Assembly (NCBI GenBank): GCA_050633305.1
Contig: JBOEGF010000018.1
Span: 923,547-987,546, forward strand
DNA length: 64,000 bases
Source of the DNA: Nannocystales bacterium
GTDB taxonomy: Bacteria > Myxococcota_A > Polyangia > Nannocystales > Nannocystaceae
Direction: 5' to 3'
The notes under the pieces: model-generated
The model's input: only the letters and a program-made list of their open reading frames with translations
What the model was told of the DNA's origin: nothing
Database searches by the model: none
Part shown: positions 58,809 through 64,000 of the stretch, in pieces
Layout of the letters: each line of letters begins with the position of its first letter
Position numbering within the stretch: position 1 is the stretch's first letter
Position numbers and translations under genes: made by a program

Positions 58809-59357
58809 ATGAAGAGAGCACTCTGGATGTCTCTAGCCGTCGCGCTATGCGCCTGCGGCGACGATGTAGGTGCGAGCGACGAAGGAGGCCAAGACGGGGA
58901 CGCCGGCGAACTCGACGTCGATGTCCCAGCCGTCGAGGATGTGTCCTGGGCCGTCGGATGGTGGCGCGACCCGGCTGAAGAGACGTCCGTTCCAGAGGGA
59001 CTCATTCTTCGCCAGCTTGAGGTCCGAGAGAACGGAGACGTGTTTCAGCAGGTCCTGAACTGCTTCACCGAGGACGCCGTCTATATGGGTAGGTGGGTAC
59101 CTGCTGCCTACGACCGGATCTACGTGGTCGGTTCTGACGACGGGGACGAGGTCGAGTGGATGGGCGCGGGTGCCTACCGCCGCGTAGAGCTTCGATACGA
59201 CGAGGCGAACGAGACCGTCGAGGTCACACGGATCGGTGAAAACTCGGACGGGTCTGATCGGGAACTTCCCGCGGGCGAGTTTCGGCAAGGACGAAAGTGC
59301 ATGACCGACGTCGTCGTCAGCGATTGCGCCCCGAGAGCGTGCGACGCGTCGGAGTAG
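58809..59357 (+). CDS. Hypothetical lipoprotein
   Basis: MKRALWMSLAVALCAC signal; ATG 1 nt after the remnant's stop. Confidence 0.75.
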   Translation: MKRALWMSLAVALCACGDDVGASDEGGQDGDAGELDVDVPAVEDVSWAVGWWRDPAEETSVPEGLILRQLEVRENGDVFQQVLNCFTEDAVYMGRWVPAAYDRIYVVGSDDGDEVEWMGAGAYRRVELRYDEANETVEVTRIGENSDGSDRELPAGEFRQGRKCMTDVVVSDCAPRACDASE

Positions 59358-59476
59358 GCGCAGGTTGGTGCTCGCGAGTTTGCACCCCCCCGAACATGCC
59401 GGCTCGGCGTTCTCGTCCGCGAATCCCTCGTCACGGGGGGATTGAACAGAGCCACGAGGTTCACCCGGGAGCTGGG

Positions 59477-60283
59477 GTGCATCTCCATCCGTTCAAAGCT
59501 CGACGCAGGAACGAGGGCGTCTCGAACAAGACGATCAACGAGGAGCTTGCGATCTTGTCCAAGCTCCTCAGCTACGCCCACGAGATCGGAGACCGGGAGG
59601 GGACTCCGCCAAACATCCGGCGGCTGAAGACCCAGAGGCCGTCGTTCGACTTCTTCGACTTCGAGGAAGCGGAGCGCCTACTCACCGCAGCGCGGGCGGC
59701 TCCGGACCCATGGTCCGCGATGATCCCGACCGCGGTATTCACCGGCCTTCGACTTGGAGAACTCCGCGGACTTCTGTGGAGCGACGTGGATCTCGCGGGA
59801 GCGCAGCTCCACGTCCGTCGCGCGGCGGACGACGCCGGTAAGCTGGGACCCCCGAAGAGCGGGCGAGCGCGAGTCGTCGACCTCCCGCGCCGAGCCGTCG
59901 AAGTGCTCCGCGCCCATCGGCATATCCGCGGGGCGTTCGTGTTCTGCCGAGAGGACGGCTCGATGCTCCAGCGCTGGCACTGCGAGTCGAAGTCGAAGTT
60001 GGAGCGCGGGGACTCTCCCTTGATGAAGCGCTGCTGGGAGGCGGGCCTTCGCCGGATGGGCTGGCACGGACTGCGCCACACCTACGCGTCTCACCTGATG
60101 ATGCGGGGGGCATCGGTCACGCAGGTCAAAGAACTGCTCGGCCACTCGTCGATCTCGATGACGATGCGCTACGCGCATCTCTCCCCGAACGCGCGTCGCT
60201 CGGCCGCAGCGTTACTCGACGAGCCCGCGCCGCAGTACATGAGCAGTACACGCCAAGACCAAGAACGAGAAAACGGCAGCTAG
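59477..60283 (+). mobile_element. Tyrosine recombinase/integrase, N-terminally truncated
   Basis: TGLRLGE (R), PKSG (K), HGLRH (H-x-x-R), LGH, MRYAH (Y) all present; sequence upstream of ~FKARR is not integrase-like. Confidence 0.85.
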
Positions 60284-60304
60284 CTCTCACTAGCTGCCGT
60301 CTTC
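60269..60304. terminator. Hairpin between the integrase stop and the att core
   Basis: ACGGCAGCTAG-ctctca-CTAGCTGCCGT stem; reads into TTTTC on the minus (tRNA) strand. Confidence 0.7.
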
Positions 60305-60307
60305 AAA

Positions 60308-60328
60308 CGGAAGCGCACAGGAATCGAA
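60308..60328 (-). mobile_element. att-site core: displaced 3' end of a tRNA, most like tRNA-Sec (selC)
   Basis: Minus strand TTCGATT-CCTGT-GCGCTTCC-G = T-loop, 5-nt T-stem strand, 8-nt acceptor strand and G discriminator (8/5 tRNA-Sec geometry; E. coli selC ends TTCGACTCCTGTGATCTTCCG). No 5' tRNA half. Confidence 0.75.
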
Positions 60329-60505
60329 ACTTCAGACCAAGATCCCGAGTTTTCCAAACGATCGCAGGGCGTTAGCACGCAAGTGGTCGGGATCTTGGCT
60401 GAAGTTCGTGCCCTGTGGGCCCACGGTGGGGTGGGTCGGTCCGTGGGGTTTTCCGGGGTGGTGGTGACGTGGGTGGTGACGGTGCTCTACGGTGTTTGGA
60501 GACCG

Positions 60506-61495
60506 ATGGACCGACGACCACAGGCGGTGGAGCTCCCGGCCGAACAACTCCACCAGCTCACAGACGAAGAGGCGCTGGCCCTGGCCGACAAGCTCCTTGA
60601 CTCGGCCACTGAGCAGAAATCGGGACTACTTCGTTATCGGTTCAGCTCATCGTTTCAAGCGGACTGGAAAGCGGAGCTTGGACATGTGCTCAACACGGCC
60701 GACCGCTTGGGATTCCTCGACGCGCTTTGGGAGCGGGTGTACTCGCGCCTGCACGGGGCAGGGGAAAGGCCGGCGGACGTCGACGCGAACGATACTCGAC
60801 ATCACATGCTTCGTGCCGACTTCGCGCCCGCAGTCGTGGCGCATTGCTTGACACAAACCGGCTGGAGCTTCGAGGCTTGGGAACCCAGGCGACCTCGTTG
60901 TGCTGGGAGCGCAGTTGATGTGGACGTCTCGCTCTGGGCACCGGATGGGACGGCGGTCGATGTCCAAGTGAAGGCTCCAGACCAGCCCGGAAGGAGAGCC
61001 AAGTTTCGTCGCGTCGATGGCGAGCGCGACGAGGCTGTCATCGCGTCCCTGAACCACGGGGCGCGTCAGCTGGGGCAGGGGGGTTCTCGCGCGAAGATGT
61101 TGGTCGTCTGCCCACAGCGGGACTGGCCGATGTCACGGGATCCGATGGCCCTGATTTCACACGTGATTGGTGGTGCAACGCAGCTGCCGGGCCCGAGGTT
61201 TGAACTCGGGCGAGAGAGACTTGGCGTTTTCCGTTCTTCGTGGCGCCACATCGCCGCCGTCGTCCTCTTGGACTTCGTCAGGCACGAAGAAGCCTCATAC
61301 ACGGCTGTGACTCTCCTCAACCCTTGGGCGAGCGTGGCGGCGTCCCCCGACTGGTTCGCGTTCGGCCGGGTGTGCACGATCGAGGGTGGTGTCGTGTGTT
61401 GGCGCGGAGGCGCGCCGATGTCGGGTGGACTGCCGGAGGGGACGGTGCTTACCGGAAGCGCAGGGCCCGACGGAGAGCTGGAGTCTTCCGGATGA
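60506..61495 (+). CDS. Hypothetical protein, putative PD-(D/E)XK restriction-endonuclease fold
   Basis: VDVDV...DVQVKAP motif, C-terminal NPWA. Confidence 0.7.
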   Translation: MDRRPQAVELPAEQLHQLTDEEALALADKLLDSATEQKSGLLRYRFSSSFQADWKAELGHVLNTADRLGFLDALWERVYSRLHGAGERPADVDANDTRHHMLRADFAPAVVAHCLTQTGWSFEAWEPRRPRCAGSAVDVDVSLWAPDGTAVDVQVKAPDQPGRRAKFRRVDGERDEAVIASLNHGARQLGQGGSRAKMLVVCPQRDWPMSRDPMALISHVIGGATQLPGPRFELGRERLGVFRSSWRHIAAVVLLDFVRHEEASYTAVTLLNPWASVAASPDWFAFGRVCTIEGGVVCWRGGAPMSGGLPEGTVLTGSAGPDGELESSG

Positions 61496-62700
61496 AGCTG
61501 AACCTCGTCAACCGTGACGACTGGGAGTTCCGGCGCTTGCTCGAGCGGACGGCAGACCTCGGAATCGCAGGCCGAGACCAAGTTGTGGCCGAGAAAGCGA
61601 ACAAGCCTGGGTCGACCGGGTCGGAGTTGTTGATTGCAGCACTTCTTGCTCGGACCGGTCTCACGGTCCGGATGCTGGTCGATCGGGACCCGCGCTACTT
61701 GGAGGCGAGGGAAGCCAAACGAGGGGGCGTCTCGCTCCCGGATCTGCACGTCCAGTGCGAAGCGTCGGGGCTCGAGTTCTTTGTCGAAGTTCGGCGGCTC
61801 AGCGACGGCACGGTACCCTTCAGCCGCCGCCTCGGGGTTGCGCTCGCGGACGCAGGGTTGATGAAGTTCCGCGTCTGCGCGGTGCCACTGGGGGCGGCTG
61901 CATGGGCACCCGGGGCGGACTACGAGAGTCGTAGGGCGCAGGAGCGTCTCGTCGATGAGCTCATTGCGAGAGTTGTTGAGCATCTTCAGGACGCTCAGCG
62001 GAACGGCACGGATTCGGGGACATTCGAGGTTCAGATGCCCGCGACCGCGGCCCATCCGGAGAAGGGGGACAACTTCCATCGTTTCTCCTTCGGGCCCGTT
62101 GGCGCGTCCGTGAGCGATGCAGAGGCTCGCCGTGGGGCGTTGTCTGGTAGTGGGTACACCGCGATTCGCTGGATTGGGGGCGACGGTATCCGGGACTTCG
62201 TCTTGCGTGCGATCAAGCACAAGGTTGAGCAGCAACAGAGGCATGCGCGCCAGGTTCAAGGAGTCCCGTACATCGTCGCGCTTGACTCTCATGAGGATGA
62301 ACTCGACCCGACTGATATCTCCGGCCAGCTGGTAGGGGGACTTCTGCATGTGGACGAAGGGGTGCACTATCGGCGCTGGCCATATGGCAGCCTGGATCCG
62401 CTCCGAGGGACGGCATGGGAGGTGCTCCACGAGGTGTGGAACCTTCGAGAAAGCGACATGCTTCAGAGAGTCATGCAAGAGGGGCGCTCTATGGTGGAGA
62501 ACGTTTCACTGCCCGAGTTCATACAGCCGTGGACGCGGAGCCTAAGTGGCGTGTTTGCGCTTCACCGAAAGCGGGACGTTGTGCAGTTTATGCCGAACCC
62601 GTGGGCCGTGGCCGGCTACAATGAGCCGCGTCTGCTTGGACTGAGCCTTGACGAGAGCCCGGAGGGGCGGAGTGAATCGAGTTGGCGGGAACTAACGTAG
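61492..62700 (+). CDS. Hypothetical protein, putative PD-(D/E)XK restriction-endonuclease fold
   Basis: SELLIAALL helix, LPDL...FVEVRR, C-terminal NPWA; ATGA overlap with the previous gene. Confidence 0.72.
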   Translation: MKLNLVNRDDWEFRRLLERTADLGIAGRDQVVAEKANKPGSTGSELLIAALLARTGLTVRMLVDRDPRYLEAREAKRGGVSLPDLHVQCEASGLEFFVEVRRLSDGTVPFSRRLGVALADAGLMKFRVCAVPLGAAAWAPGADYESRRAQERLVDELIARVVEHLQDAQRNGTDSGTFEVQMPATAAHPEKGDNFHRFSFGPVGASVSDAEARRGALSGSGYTAIRWIGGDGIRDFVLRAIKHKVEQQQRHARQVQGVPYIVALDSHEDELDPTDISGQLVGGLLHVDEGVHYRRWPYGSLDPLRGTAWEVLHEVWNLRESDMLQRVMQEGRSMVENVSLPEFIQPWTRSLSGVFALHRKRDVVQFMPNPWAVAGYNEPRLLGLSLDESPEGRSESSWRELT

Positions 62701-62870
62701 GCTGGGTTCTGGGCAGTGAAATCGCCGCTTCCCCGACGCAGCGAACGAATGGAGCCTGAGAGGGAGAATGACCGTGCCTGTGGATAGGTCATCGAAGCGA
62801 TCCAGGAGCGACGGAGAGCAAGCCACTGCGCCGCGAGTATTCGACGAGCCCCTCGATGCGTGTGCCGGCC

Positions 62871-62994
62871 CATCGTGATCACCTCGATCGCCGCATCGTG
62901 ATCACCTCGATCGGCATCGTGATCACCTCGATCGGCCATCGTGATCACCAGGATCGGTCATCGTGATCACCGGGATCGCCACATCGTGATCACC
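62871..62994. repeat. Six copies of CATCGTGATCACC (IS21 multiple terminal repeats)
   Basis: Copies start at 62871, 62894, 62915, 62937, 62959 and 62982 (period 21-23 bp). Confidence 0.9.
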
Positions 62995-63067
62995 CGCGAA
63001 CGAGCCAGAAGCGAAGAATGACGCTGGGTCAGCCGGCCCGTCGACGACCTCGGATACGAGGTCATCG

Positions 63068-64000
63068 ATGGCCACGCCGAGACTGACCATGTCGAAGACC
63101 AAAGAGATTCTCCGCCAAAAGTGGCAGCTCGAGCGAAGTCATCGCGAGGTTGCCCGAAGTTTGTCCATCAGCCCGGGCGTCGTGGGAGCGACGCTCGCCC
63201 GCGCAGCCAAGGCCGGCATTGCTGGCTGGGCTGAAGTCGACGACCTCGATGACGCCGCACTCGAAGAGCGCCTCTACGATCGAAAGCCCGAAGCGACGCG
63301 ACCTTTGCCCGACTGCGCTTGGGTCCACACCGAGCGCAGCAGGCCGGGCGTGACGCTTCAGCTGCTCCACCACGAGTATCTCGAGCAGAATCCGGGCGGC
63401 TATCACTACACCCGGTTCTGCGATTTCTACCGCGAGTGGTTGGCGCGCCGACGGCTCTCGATGCGGCAGGTCCACAAGGCGGGCGAGAAGATGTTCATCG
63501 ACTTCGCGGGCATGCAGCCCTCGCTGGTGAACCCGCGAACGAGCGAGGTCACGAAGGTCGAGTTGTTCGTCGCCGTCCTCGGCGCGAGCAGCTACACGTA
63601 CGTCGAGGCGATTCCCGATCAGTCACTGCCGAGCTGGATTCGTGCGCACTCGGCCGCGCTCGAGTTCTTCGGCGGCTCGCCCCGGGTCTACGTTCCCGAC
63701 AACCTCAAGAGCGCCGTGACGAAAGCGTGCCGCTACGAGCCCAAGGTCCAGCGCACGTACGAAGAAATGGCGCGCCACTACGGCGCCATCGTCATCCCCG
63801 CCCGGCCGTACAAGCCGAAGGACAAAGCCAAGGTCGAGGTCGCCGTTCAGGTCGCCGAGCGCTGGCTCCTGGCCGTGATTTGCAACGAGACGTTTCCTTC
63901 TCTGGAGGCTCTCAACGAGCGTCTGTGGGAACTTTTAGAGGTTCTCAACAACAAGGTGATGCGGACCTACGGCGCGAGTCTGTCGGCGATCATGGGGATT
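63068..64000 (+). CDS. istA: IS21 transposase IstA (partial, runs off window)
   Basis: MATPRLTMSKTKEILR HTH, MRQVHKAGEKMFIDFAG (D), PDNLKSAV (D), KPKDKAKVE (E). Confidence 0.93.
   Translation, partial: MATPRLTMSKTKEILRQKWQLERSHREVARSLSISPGVVGATLARAAKAGIAGWAEVDDLDDAALEERLYDRKPEATRPLPDCAWVHTERSRPGVTLQLLHHEYLEQNPGGYHYTRFCDFYREWLARRRLSMRQVHKAGEKMFIDFAGMQPSLVNPRTSEVTKVELFVAVLGASSYTYVEAIPDQSLPSWIRAHSAALEFFGGSPRVYVPDNLKSAVTKACRYEPKVQRTYEEMARHYGAIVIPARPYKPKDKAKVEVAVQVAERWLLAVICNETFPSLEALNERLWELLEVLNNKVMRTYGASLSAIMGI

Larger units (their letters stand above)
62857..64000 (+). mobile_element. IS21-family insertion sequence, left part
   Basis: TG-starting end followed by six CATCGTGATCACC repeats and istA; exact left boundary 62857 or 62861. 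Confidence 0.88.

Noticed and set aside
60300..60400. Intact tRNA gene
   Set aside because: Only the T-loop to discriminator is present; the T-stem 5' strand, anticodon arm and D arm are absent.
62871..62994. Six regularly spaced 13-bp repeats as a CRISPR array or iterons
   Set aside because: Spacers are only 8-10 nt and similar to each other, there are no cas or rep genes, and the position between a TG end and istA fits IS21 terminal repeats.

Overview
High-GC window that looks myxobacterial, most like Nannocystaceae/Enhygromyxa/Plesiocystis. This is inferred from Ser/Thr kinase-TPR genes, many ECF sigma factors, a DUF1592/DUF1552 pair, a MYXO-CTERM tail and many lipoproteins. Bases 1-20.5 kb are mostly housekeeping or metabolic: two LysR/oxidoreductase pairs, coaX, a TlpA, an odd AGCS transporter, an amidohydrolase, and a Tat-lipoprotein tldD-tldE plus COG0523 unit preceded by two TGCAAC-N4-TTGCA (Zur-like) boxes. 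Bases 20.5-58 kb are an accessory signalling and secreted-protein region. It holds two OM-protein/ECF/anti-sigma cassettes, each with its own promoter motif found twice, which points to their target genes. It also holds three intact kinases, two further ECFs, a perfect 40-bp palindrome and a cluster of broken genes at 27-30.5 kb. Bases 58-64 kb are a mobile region: gene debris, an N-terminally truncated tyrosine integrase, a displaced tRNA-Sec (selC)-like 3' end flanked by two different arm-type repeat sets, a coupled pair of uncharacterised restriction-endonuclease-fold paralogues (best candidate for an undescribed defence system), and the left end of an IS21 element. No intact rRNA, tRNA or CRISPR array was seen. 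All calls come from reading motifs by eye; no database searches were run, and many start codons are best guesses.
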